64,000 nucleotides of DNA from Thecamonas trahens ATCC 50062. Taxonomy: Eukaryota > Protista > Apusomonadida. Of this stretch, positions 1 through 10,427 are shown piece by piece. The stretch lies in the NCBI RefSeq assembly GCF_000142905.1, contig NW_013657662.1, forward strand, positions 1-64,000, in the 5' to 3' direction. Position 1 is the stretch's first letter. Every line of letters starts with the position of its first letter. The notes under the pieces are model-generated. The model was given only the letters and a program-made list of their open reading frames with translations. It ran no database searches and was not told where the DNA came from. A program made the position numbers and the translations under genes.

Positions 1-1823
1 CCCACCACCATCCCATCGCGCCCGCGGCTTCCTCTTCCTCCTCATCCTCCTCCTCTCCCCGCTCCATCTCACCCGCATCCGCATCCCCGACTGTGACACT
101 CCCATCCGTCAACCATCGCATGCCTTACTGCCCATCTTCCAACCAACAGCAATCTCAAGCCACCCAGTCCGACCCCGCCCCCTCTGCTGCCCCTGCCTTG
201 CTGACCACCAGCCGCCAGCCGCCGCCCGCCGGCCCGATCAGCCGACCCTGATCACCACCTAGCTCGTTCCCACTACCAGCTACGCAACCCGCGACCACAA
301 CCAAGGTCATCACTCACCGTGCATTTTTACCAGTACAATTATCGCTGTCATCGACACCCATCTTCCTCGGCTCATTTCCGCGTCGGCTTGTTTTGTCTGG
401 GTGGTTGAGCACGCCCTCGACCGCCCGACCCCGCACATGCTCCCCACTACACTCATTGCAAGTCATGGCCAATCTGATTTCATTACTACCCTACTACATA
501 CACACGCTATCCCCTCGCACAGTCTTCTATTCACAGCTGCAGTATTCCGGAATCCGAGTTCTGCCGGCTCAGGCCCAGCTTGTTGTCCTGGTGTCGTTTC
601 GATGCTGCTGACCCCTCCTCCCCGGGCCCATCTCCGACGCCCACTCCCCACCATCCCCACCCACGACCACCACACATACACCACACACAAACACTACCCC
701 TGCAAACATAGCCACCCACTCTCTGCTCCCCGATATCCACATCAGCCGACACCATCCCGTCAACAGCATCGCTGCCGACTGCCTGCTGCTCACCGCCGAC
801 CGCCGCCGACCGACCACCGCCGACACCACCGAGAGCAAGCTAGCCATCGACAGGACATTGGAGGCGATGCATACGGATAGCCACATCTTTGGCAATGACT
901 ACCAGTCTGCCCTCCAACCCAATCCTTCCCTCCCTCCTCCGGCCTTGTCGATCACAGCCCCCGCCGGCCTGCTCATCGCCAGCCACCCCTGCCGCCGATC
1001 ACCGAGCCAGAAGACGAGACCACCGGGCTGGCCAGGACAAGGAAGAACAAGAGAGGGCAAGTGCGAGCGATAGGCAATACAGTGATGGGCTAGAGTGCAG
1101 TGGTCTGCCTCCTTCTCTATTCTCAAGCCATCGTCTCCATCGACGTCCATCTCAATCCAATCCATCCCGCCCTCCTCCCCCTGCCGCCCAAGTACCTGCC
1201 TTCCTCATCTTCCACACCCCACACACACCCATCATCGTCATCGCACCCACCCACATCAATCCTTTAGCCCAATCGCCATACCTACCGCCCCCTCTGCCCA
1301 CCTCGCCACCCACGTCACGACCCCCCTCATCCCCCCTACCATACTCATTACGCCCCATTACCACCAACCACCACCCTCACCCCCTACTCCACCGCCATCA
1401 CTAACATCCCAGCCACAACTCCCACCCCCATGCTATGGCCATGCCCACCACCATCCCATCGCGCACCCCGCTTCCTCTTCCTCCTCGTTCTTCTCCTCTC
1501 CCCGCCCCAGCTCAACCCCTTCCTCATCCCCGACCCCGACACTGCCATCCGGCAAACATCACATACCATACTGCCCATCGTCCAACCAACAGCAATCCCG
1601 GGCCACCCAGCCCCGACCCCGCACCCTCAACTCTTGTCCTCGCCGACCACCTACGCGGCGACTTGTTTGGCCTTGGCGGTTGAGAACGCCCTCGACCGCG
1701 CGACCTCGCACACGCCCACCACACTCATTACCAGCTATGCCCAATCGGATTTCATAGCTAGTATACTACATGCACACACTATCCTCTTGCACAGTATCCT
1801 ATCCACAGTCCCAGTATTCCGGA
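1..1823. repeat. Diverged direct duplication (1-183 ~ 1444-1628; 384-551 ~ 1657-1823), possibly a decayed coding repeat
   Basis: Visible alignment, e.g. 'tactgcccatcttccaaccaacagcaatc' vs 'tactgcccatcgtccaaccaacagcaatc' and 'acgccctcgaccgc...cagtattccgga' in both copies; copy 1 carries an extra ~200 bp between the two blocks. Confidence 0.75.
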
Positions 1824-2100
1824 CCTGCGCCCGTCGCTCTTCAGCACCCGCGTGCAACCGCTCCGAATACAACCATCACACCACCACCGCAATCTAAAGA
1901 ATTATTCAAATACCCACCGCTCCCATCCACTCTTCAGATCCGATAACTCAGTTGGAAGAGTGTCAGCTTAACACGCTGAATGTCGGGGGATCGAAACCCT
2001 CTCGGATCTTCATTTTTTTGCCCGCACGCCCACCCTCACCTCCTCAAACTTCACCCTTGCTCCCGCAGCACTTTCACTCCCACGCCCGACCACACTTCTC

Positions 2101-4044
2101 ATGCAAGACAGGGCGGGGAGTCGGATACGGGCTCTCTCCCGCCCGGTTGCGGTCCGCAACGGCTTCCGCCGCCGTGAGTCCAACGCGCCGGTCAAGCCCC
2201 GCCGGTTCTGGCGCTCGCAAACCCGCGCGGGCAACGTGGTCACCCTCGCCGACCCCGAGCCGTTCGAGCCTCCGCAGCCTGCTGCCGAGGAGGGCTTCCT
2301 GCTCGTGAGAAAGTCCGAGGCCATGGCGGTCAAGGCCAAGGGCTGGTCCCAGCGGTACATGCGCCTCGTCGGCTCGCATCTCTACATCTGCCGCCAGCCG
2401 GCTGCTGACCCGCTGTACTTTCTGGACTTGCCGCGGGTGGTCATCAAGACTGTTCACCGGCTGCCCGGCGGCGACGGTGTCGAATGGCGTGCCGCCCATG
2501 ATCTTCCGACCTCATCCGAGTCGGCAAGCGATGCGAGCGACGATGGTTCTGCTGAGCATGCTCTTCACAAGGCGCCTGAGGCTGCCACTGCTGGGCTCGG
2601 TGAGAAGCCTGTCGTCTGGGCCTCGCTCGGCCTCGACTGTCCGGAAGAGTTTGTGCTCTGTGTCGGCGTTCCGGGCGACTGGCACTTTGTGCAGGCCAAC
2701 TCAGAGCCCGAGTGCCAGCGTTGGCTCCGCGGTATGCTCTACGCGCAGCAGTACTATCGGACCGACGGTGCCGGGCCGTTTGGGTGTGGCGTCATGCCCG
2801 AGGTTGTCTGCCGTGTCCCCATGTTTGACGTTCTCTCCGTCTTTATGATCGAGGACGAGGGTCACCAGTTCTCCGTCGCTATCGAGGCCCGCCACGAAGT
2901 ACACATCCTGCTCACCGACGACGAGGCCCGCGCCGAGAACGAGCTACTCGCCCTCTCCCAGGCTGCCTCGCGCGTCTCGGTCATCTCCTACCCGAGCAGT
3001 GAGCCGGAGGACGTTCCCCTCCCGCGCCGCCGCCGCATCCGCCTCTCGACCGCTGAGGACGAGCTGGCGGCCGCCATCGTTGAGATCGAGGAAGAGGAGC
3101 AAGCTGCGTGGCTCGGCCAACCGTCGGCGAGCTCGCCGTTGCAACCGCATGCGAGTAGCGCCGGCTCGGTCACAAACGAGTGTACTCCTGTTGACGGCCT
3201 GCTCGAGCTGCCGCGCGCTCACGGCTCACCCGAGCAGGTGGTCAGTCCCGCAGATGGCTGTACCGAGACCAGCGACATTGTGCTGGATGGCTCTGCCCAC
3301 TGGACTGCTGACGACGAGTTGCTCTATGCCATCGACGACGTTCGCGAGTTTGTGGCGAGCCACAACGCCGTCTCGCTCAACGAGCTGTTTGAGGTCAAGG
3401 GCCCAGTCCTTGACGCCATTCACGACATGGTCCGCGAGGCCATCTCTCACCTCGAGGCAGCCACAAGGAGCTGGTCGCTCTCCGCGCCATCGATCGACAT
3501 GATCAACGAGGCGCGCCTTGCGGCGTGCGTTGACGACCTCTCGCGCGCCGAGCCCGTCCTCGACGCCCGTCCGTACGACACTGTCCACGACGCTGTCAAC
3601 GTCCTCGACTTTATCGCCTCTGTACTCGGCTCATGGAATCGCCTCGCGTCTGCGCTCGATCACGCCGTCGACGCCACTGTCGCCATGCTCGCCGACAGCG
3701 GCAGCTCGCCCGACTTTGCGTCGTCGGCAAGCAAGCTCGCAGCCGCCATGCGCGCCGCCCGTCGCGCCGTCCTGCGCCGGTACGTACCGCGCCCCGACCT
3801 TGCCGACGACCTTTGCAAGGTGATCGGCGTCCCACTCACCGAGTGCATCGTTGTCCTCGACGACATGACCTCGGCGCTCGTTGTGGCATGCCTCGGTCAG
3901 GCGCTGCCGGGCCAAGCCTCGCGTCGCGACCCATCGGACCCTGCCTACATCGGTGAAGCACTGCTGGCGCAGCTGGCCGCGCTCCGCAGCCTCGCCCCAG
4001 TTCGCCCGTCTGAACCTCCTCCTCCCTCTCATCAAGACGAGTAG
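2101..4044 (+). CDS. PH-domain-containing protein (647 aa)
   Basis: Long ORF with GC3-biased codons; N-terminal PH signature EEGFLLVRK...KGWSQRYMRLVGSHLY...HFVQANSEPECQRWLRGM; helical C-terminal region unassigned. Confidence 0.8.
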   Translation: MQDRAGSRIRALSRPVAVRNGFRRRESNAPVKPRRFWRSQTRAGNVVTLADPEPFEPPQPAAEEGFLLVRKSEAMAVKAKGWSQRYMRLVGSHLYICRQPAADPLYFLDLPRVVIKTVHRLPGGDGVEWRAAHDLPTSSESASDASDDGSAEHALHKAPEAATAGLGEKPVVWASLGLDCPEEFVLCVGVPGDWHFVQANSEPECQRWLRGMLYAQQYYRTDGAGPFGCGVMPEVVCRVPMFDVLSVFMIEDEGHQFSVAIEARHEVHILLTDDEARAENELLALSQAASRVSVISYPSSEPEDVPLPRRRRIRLSTAEDELAAAIVEIEEEEQAAWLGQPSASSPLQPHASSAGSVTNECTPVDGLLELPRAHGSPEQVVSPADGCTETSDIVLDGSAHWTADDELLYAIDDVREFVASHNAVSLNELFEVKGPVLDAIHDMVREAISHLEAATRSWSLSAPSIDMINEARLAACVDDLSRAEPVLDARPYDTVHDAVNVLDFIASVLGSWNRLASALDHAVDATVAMLADSGSSPDFASSASKLAAAMRAARRAVLRRYVPRPDLADDLCKVIGVPLTECIVVLDDMTSALVVACLGQALPGQASRRDPSDPAYIGEALLAQLAALRSLAPVRPSEPPPPSHQDE

Positions 4045-5596
4045 GCATCTCCAGCAAACGACATACTTGCCACCAGAACTGCGCCGGCGCCTGGGCCGTC
4101 AATGGCGTGATGCGCGCTCCGCGCCCGTGCCACCGACGGCGACCCGATCCCAGCCATGTGCGAGCGCGACGGCGACGCGACTTGCAGCTGCTTCTCCAGT
4201 GACGACGGGACGAGCGCATCGAGGATCGGCGAGTGGAGATGCGGCGCCTGGGCCAGTGCCGGGTCGCGTTGCTCGACCCGCCGCAGCGCAGACGGATCCG
4301 AGTCCCGCTGCATGAACACGTCCAAGGCAAACATGCGACGGGTCTCGGTCTTGATCAGCTCGTAGGCCGAGGTGGGGAAGACTGCAAGCGCAGTGCGGAG
4401 CAGTGCCGTGTACAGCGCGTCAAAGAACGCGTGCTCCAGAACATCGTCACGGAAAAACGCCGCCCATTTGTCAAAACCAGGCCCGTCGGCGACAGCCTTG
4501 CGATACTCGGCGCTCTTGCGCGACGGTGTCACCATCGCATCCTTGTCAGGCAGCGGCACGTGTGATTGCTCTCGAATCTGCGACCGCCTCGCCTCGGCTT
4601 TGGCCTCGGCTTGCCGCTGCAGCTCACGCCGCCGCCCGACCAGCGAAGGCAACTCGCGCCGCCGCCCGCCGACTCCCTGCTGCCGCCCCTACCGCTCGCT
4701 CGTGCAGCCGTGGCCTCGGCTGCCGGCTTTCGCGTCTTTGCCAGTTGGCTTGCTGACGAAGAAGCAACCTTCGCCGACTGCGGAGCCTTCGTCGCCGCAA
4801 TCCATGACGTGCCGCGCGAAAGGAGGAGGACGTCGGCATATGACGCCGCCACTCGCGCGAGGGCAATCTCCAGCAGCGAGACGTCAGCGCCCATGATGAC
4901 CTGCGCCATGTACGCCAGGTAGCTCGAGAGGAGCGTGTTGTACAACGCTGTGTTGTACATGGCAATGAACGGCGACGGGAGCGAGCCAACGCCCATCCGG
5001 GCGAGTACAAGCGCTTTCGACTGGGCCACGTCGACGTGGTCGTTGGTGCCACCGTCGAGCCGGTGCGCAGCGCGGATGAGCATGGCCGCGGTGGCGTCAG
5101 GCACATCCGCGACAGCGTTGCGGCTTCGAGCCGCCACAACCCGCCTCCGCCTCAGTCGGTCCGTCATGTCGTGCTCCACACGGGCTCGCGCTGCCGCCCG
5201 CTGCCGCGACGACATCCCGGCCGCCCGGGCATGCGACCGTGACTGGGTGAGCACGTAATTGGAGCCGAGCGCCATCGACGACGCCTGCAGCGTCTCCTCC
5301 TCGTCTCGCATCTGCTCCAGCGCACTTACCGCTACTGTGCGTTTCCTGCTTTGCCCACTACTCTCGCTACCCTCACTCCCGTCCTCGTCGTCGTCGTCGC
5401 CCTCCCGGCCCGCTGCCTGCGCCTTCCTCGCCTGCGACTGCGCCCGCCCCACCGCCGCCAGCAGCTTCATCGACCGCCGCAGCTTGGAAAAGCCCGACCG
5501 GGCCATATCTCCGGGTGCCGCCGTCCTTTGCCCCGGTGACCGCCTGCTGTGTGTCTTGGGTGTCTCATGCCATGCGAGCTTGCCACGCGACGACAT
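4032..5596 (-). CDS. PPP1R36-like (protein phosphatase 1 regulatory subunit 36 family), split by a -1 frame break at ~4686-4689
   Basis: ORFs 4529..5596 and 4032..4652 join; motifs LARVAASYADVLL, FFDALY...IKTETRRMF and HSPILDALVPSSLEK resemble the PPP1R36 motifs FFESFY...IEEEVGRLF and RSPVMSTLLPSLREK as recalled. Confidence 0.65.
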
Positions 5597-5689
5597 CCCA
5601 AACCGCCTGACCGGCGACGAGTGGCGGCCTGCCCGCCGACGCTAGACGACGGACCAGCTTGGCGTCCTCATCGCTCGGCGCAAGGCCTG

Positions 5690-6514
5690 TCACTGTTGAT
5701 ATTTGTTTACCTCGTCACACGTTTGCATCGCCAGCGGAAGGGGGGCGATGGGCGGAATGGGCGACTCATTGTGCGGCAGGCTGACGATATCACTCGGGCG
5801 GAGGATGTGCGATGGGAGCGGGAAGCGGCGAAGGAAGAGCGATAGGTAGATGGCAAAGACGAGAACGTGGGTATCGTAGTATTCGGTCCGATGCCGGATG
5901 TCATTCTCGGACTTGGTCCCGATCCGCCACTCGGTGAACGGCGAGTGGAAGGCCCAAGAGTAGTGCGCGGCAAAGGCAGCGACGACGCCGAGGAACTCGA
6001 GAAACGCCGGCTCGACGTGCAAGATCCACATGGAGACGAGCATGACGAGAAAGACGGCAATGTCCATCATTGCATACTCGTACTCATCGATGATGTCAAA
6101 GTTGTTGAGCAAGTCTGCGTTGTACACGTTAAGCACCACAAAGTACTCGAGGATGATCGGATAGAGGAAAGCAAGCGGGACGACGTACAGTCGCCACGAT
6201 CGCCACATGTAGTACAGCCCCGCCCGCCACCGCATGAAGCACCGCGTGCAGCAGCACCCGTTTTGGTACTCCTCGGACGTGATGCTCCCCTGCCCATTCG
6301 GCCCATCCGACCAGTACGGCACAGCCACCGCAAGCGGTGGCAGTCGCGGCTTGTGTCCGGGCGAGGCCGGTGGTGATGCCGTGCGAGGCGACGCGCTGTG
6401 TGAAGAGCTGGATATCAGTGAGCTCGATATTGTGTTGATCATGGCGTTGTCTGTCAGCTCGTACTCGTACGATGAGTAGTCTTGTGATGCCGAGGCCGAG
6501 TAGTATGCTTCCAT
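5690..6514 (-). CDS. Multi-pass membrane protein of unknown function
   Basis: ORF with ~4 hydrophobic segments (LYVVPLAFLYPIILEYFVVL, IAVFLVMLVSMWIL, FLGVVAAFAA, VLVFAIYLSLFL); first in-frame ATG at 6514 chosen as start. Confidence 0.65.
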   Translation of the reverse strand: MEAYYSASASQDYSSYEYELTDNAMINTISSSLISSSSHSASPRTASPPASPGHKPRLPPLAVAVPYWSDGPNGQGSITSEEYQNGCCCTRCFMRWRAGLYYMWRSWRLYVVPLAFLYPIILEYFVVLNVYNADLLNNFDIIDEYEYAMMDIAVFLVMLVSMWILHVEPAFLEFLGVVAAFAAHYSWAFHSPFTEWRIGTKSENDIRHRTEYYDTHVLVFAIYLSLFLRRFPLPSHILRPSDIVSLPHNESPIPPIAPLPLAMQTCDEVNKYQQ

Positions 6515-7199
6515 GATGGTGCTGGCTTGCTCTGCAACAAGTTGCTGTGTCGGAAGGAGGAAGATCGTCGCAGTGTAGCCATAGCGTCGTTGGTTTTGTC
6601 CAGCCCCAACTGTGCCTGACGACGCCGCGTTGCGGCGCGGCGCGGCGAGAATGCGGTGTTTTGGCGGATACGTGCGCGTCAACTCGCCGCAGGGCGGCTA
6701 GCGTTGTGAGACTCTCCTGCACCATCTAGCGCCGCTTCATCACTATCAACACGCCTAGTCTAGTCTACATTGGCTGTATCGCCCACTAGGCTTGAACCGT
6801 GTCATTAGCTGTTGTATGCCGCCCACAGGAGGCCTGTAACCACTAGCCAATTTCATCCCGTGCGACCACGTGAATGACAAACCATGACACTCCCCGACGC
6901 CGCGTTCTTTCTCCGCCGGTCAACGCTCACAACGCGCGTCATCAGACACGCTACGCTCCGCACCGGGACGTAATCATGCGCACTACGGCACACCTGCGGG
7001 CGCGCCATCATACCATCATGCTACGCGCGACGATCCGCCCAACGGCCTGGCTCCTGCGCCACATCTGCATCTCCCAAGCACCACATGGTGTCGAGCCGGC
7101 ATGCTGCGTCACGCACACGCCACACACCACAAACATCAACACAGGCCAAGCCAACCTCTCCATCGACCGCCAATTACCGCAACATGATCGCCTCCAGCA

Positions 7200-8263
7200 A
7201 TGGACACCCGCCACTTCGACCTCCACCTCTCGCCACGACCCCACACCATGTACTCACGCGCACCGTCGTCAGCATGCGAGCTGTTTGAGCCACTCATGCC
7301 GGGCGACACCCGGTGCGGACTGTGCATGCAGCCGGAGGAGGCCCATGGCGAGGCCATGCTTGCCACCGAAGGCATGCTGGCTGCCACCGGTACACGCGCT
7401 GCGCCTCCGCTCCATGCGCTGCCTCCGATGGTCTCAACTGGCGCGGCTCGAGCACTAGCCGGCGCAGCGTCACCTAGCCTTGCTGCTAGCCATCCGCCGT
7501 CGGCGGCTTCGGGAGCGCTGGCCGCTCTGATGCAGACGGGGTATACGCCGCCCATGCCGGTCGCGTCGTCCAAGCTGGAACGCGATGCCACGGCGCCGGC
7601 GAGGGGGACACAGCTGGCAAAATGAGGGTGCTGGGCTCGGCGACGCTAGAGCTGCTCCAGACGCTGGGCGGCAGCGATGCGGGCAAGGCAGGCTCGGCCG
7701 CGACAATGCTGGCGATCATGGCGCGCGACTCGGGCAAGGCCACGACCATGGCGGCGCTGGGCGCCTTTGACCGGATTGCGGCGCAGCTGGCGACGGCCGA
7801 GCTCCCGCTGGCTGTACGCCGGTCGATGTTTGTCCTGCTTGCGGCGCTGGTGACAGTTGAGGCCAACGTGGTCAAGCTGGCCGCGTCGCAGGGCGAGCTG
7901 CTCGGACATGTGTTCTCGGTGGCGGCGATGGGCGATGCCGGCGACCCGGCGTGCGTAGCCATGGCGGCGTTTATTGCTGCCGCTGCCGCCGCCACAGAGC
8001 CCGAGGTCGAGGTCGACGACGAGCTGGCCCACGCGCTGCTGGCGGCGGCGGAATCGGTGGCCGAACCGGAAGCCGCAGCCGATCTCTCGCGCGCCGCGAG
8101 CGCGAACCCGGACAACCCCCCGCATGCCGGCGTCTGCACCAACACCGGGTGCACCTCCTGTGGCGAGCCTGCCTTTCTCCGCTGCGCCGAGTGCGAGTTC
8201 CTCTCATCGGCCGCCGAGACGCGGCTACAGTTCTTTTCATTTGGCAGCGCTCTGAGCGAGTAG
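7200..8263 (+). CDS. Hypothetical protein with N-terminal C-x-CxxC-H zinc knuckle, helical middle and C-terminal Cys cluster; -1 frame break at ~7588
   Basis: ORFs 7200..7625 and 7622..8263 join if one base is added (ERDA-HGAGEGDTAGKMRVL); motifs CELFEP...CGLCMQPEEAH and CTNTGCTSCGEPAFLRCAEC. Confidence 0.55.
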
Positions 8264-8284
8264 CCAGCGCCGGCTGGGTGGGGC

Positions 8285-8910
8285 TCAGTACAGGTACGGC
8301 ATGCCGTGCACCTCGTCCTCGAGCTTGACCGCTGCAAGCATCTCCATCAGCTGCTCGCCCTCGTGGGCGTTGAACCGGGCGTCTTCGACGTGCTCGGCAT
8401 GCTCGGCCTCGACCTGCCTTGCCACGCTCCTAAACGACGTCATCAGCGACGTCATGCTCAGGGGCTCGACATGCTCCGCCACTATCGGCGTCGATCTCGG
8501 CGGCGATGGCGCCCTTGCCTCGACCACGCACTGCTCCTCGCCGTACTCATCGCTCTCCGTCTCGTTCCCGTCGCCACCGCTCGGCTCACCCCCCTTGGTC
8601 CAAACCTGTCTGCCAGCACATCTTCCCTACTTGCCACCACCTCGCCGTGTCGTCTCAATCCAGGACTGCCGCTCCCCTCATCGCGACCTGGTTCCCGATT
8701 CCAGCCGGCGGACCAAGGCTGCGTCGGCGAAGGCGCTGTGTTCCGAAGGTCGCCCGCGAGGCCGGCAACCTCCATGACCTCCAAACCCTCCATACCCTCG
8801 TCCCTCCCAGACAAACCCGCACGCCCACCGCCGCCCTCCACGGCCATAGGTTCGACAGAATTGGCTCTCGGCCCTCTGCTGTAGCCGTAGTCGGCCCTGT
8901 GGCCGTACAT
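8285..8910 (-). CDS. Hypothetical acidic protein; -1 frame break at the G6 run (8589-8594)
   Basis: ORFs 8482..8979 and 8285..8527 join (GPRG-GEPSGGDGNETESDEYGEEQ...LEDEVHGMPYLY*); start ATG at 8910 is a guess. Confidence 0.45.
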
Positions 8911-9203
8911 GCCACGCGCTTGTCTGTCGCCCTTCGAGTTGGGAGTCGAGTACTCACTCAATTCGTCGAACCCGCACAACAGACGGCGGCGGGACCGGTC
9001 GCCTCAAGACGGCCCCGCATCTCGCGCGTCACTCGTGGAGATTTACTACAGACGAACCGGTGTGCCGCTCATGCAGCGGCCGTCATCAGCGCCAGCACGT
9101 GCCCACGATCAGCAAACTGTAGGCTAGCTTGCGGCAGCCGGCTACTCGTTGCGGCAGGACGTGCCCTGCTCATGGCCGCGTCCTACTGCAGGATGCAGAG
9201 CCG

Positions 9204-10271
9204 CTAAAGAAACGGGTCGTCATCCTCGTCGAGCTGCTGGGAGGCGGCCGGGCGCGAAGCCGGGGACGCCGCGCCTGCAGGCGGCGCGGCCATGGTCGGG
9301 CGTACGGCTTCGAGTACGGGGCCGAGCCAGCCGAGAGCGGGCGGTGGGCGCCCTCGGCGTCCGAGTACGACGCGTTGGAGACCTCGAGGTAGAACATGGT
9401 CGAGCCAATGGTGTAAATGATCGAGGCGACGAGGTACGAGGCAACGCCGGCCTGGTGCGACGACGACTTCATGAGGAAGATCGAGCCGAGCCAGAGGAAG
9501 AAGCTAGCGACCGCAAAGAGGAGCGCACCCATCGTGAGCCGGTCCTCGAGAACCAGTGCGCCCTCGTTGACCTTGATCGAGTCGTAGACGAGGGTAAAGC
9601 CGCCTGCAACGAGGAACCACGAGGCGGTGAAGAAAATCCCCACACCACCCATCCGCGACGAGTGCGAGTAGTAGAAGAAGCAGCCAAAGATGTAAAAGAC
9701 GGCACCAACAACAAGGCAGACCGACGCAATGACCTGCCGATCTTTGAACAGCGGCACACGCGGCGTCTTTGCCCCGCACGCCTTGATCGCCTCGCCCGCA
9801 AACATGCCGGCCCCGCCCGCCCACACCAGCCACGCCAACTGGAACAGCACCGTTCCACCCGCCTGAGACGCTATCCCCATCGCAGCACACACGCACACAC
9901 ACACACACACACACACGCCATCGCAGGATAGCACACACACACACAGCCCATCGCAACACGGCCCACCAAGTCGCACAGTCGAACCCTCGGACACACATGA
10001 GACAACGCCTTACCACCACCACCACCGCCCACCACCACCACCCACCCGCCACCCACCACCACCCACCACCCACCACCCGCCACCCACCACCACCCACCAC
10101 CATGTCCCCCTCACCCTCATCCTCCCCCCTCCCCGTCCCCCCTCCCAGCTCGGACATACCATTCCAGAACGAGAGGAAAGAGCCCAGGATCATGAGGCCC
10201 GACGAGCCGGCCATCATCAAGAGCGCGACGGACATAAAGTTGTCCTTGACATACGAGACTGCACCAGACAT
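9204..10271 (-). CDS. Multi-pass membrane protein (YrhK-like TM repeats); 2 exons (10271-10160, 9870-9204), intron 10159-9871, -1 break near 9299
   Basis: Exon 1 MSGAVSYVKDNF...FLSFWN with GTATGT donor; TAG acceptor restores frame into ASQAGGTVLFQLAW; ~6-7 TM helices incl. YLVASIIYTIGSTMFYL; corrected tail ends QQLDEDDDPFL*. Confidence 0.6.
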
Positions 10272-10427
10272 GGTTACCACTTGCTCTTCCTCACTCTCTG
10301 CTCTGCAGTACTTGCAGTTGTGCACTCTTTCCCGCACAAAGCCACAAGCTAGAGTCGAGTGACAGACCGCAAACCGCTGAGCTCGGCCGGCCACGGCGCA
10401 CTGGGCGCATACATTCAATGATGTGCC

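Noticed and set aside
4640-4700. Tiny intron as an explanation of the PPP1R36-like frame break
   Set aside because: Candidate GT..AG pairs (13, 16 and 76 nt) all restore the wrong frame.
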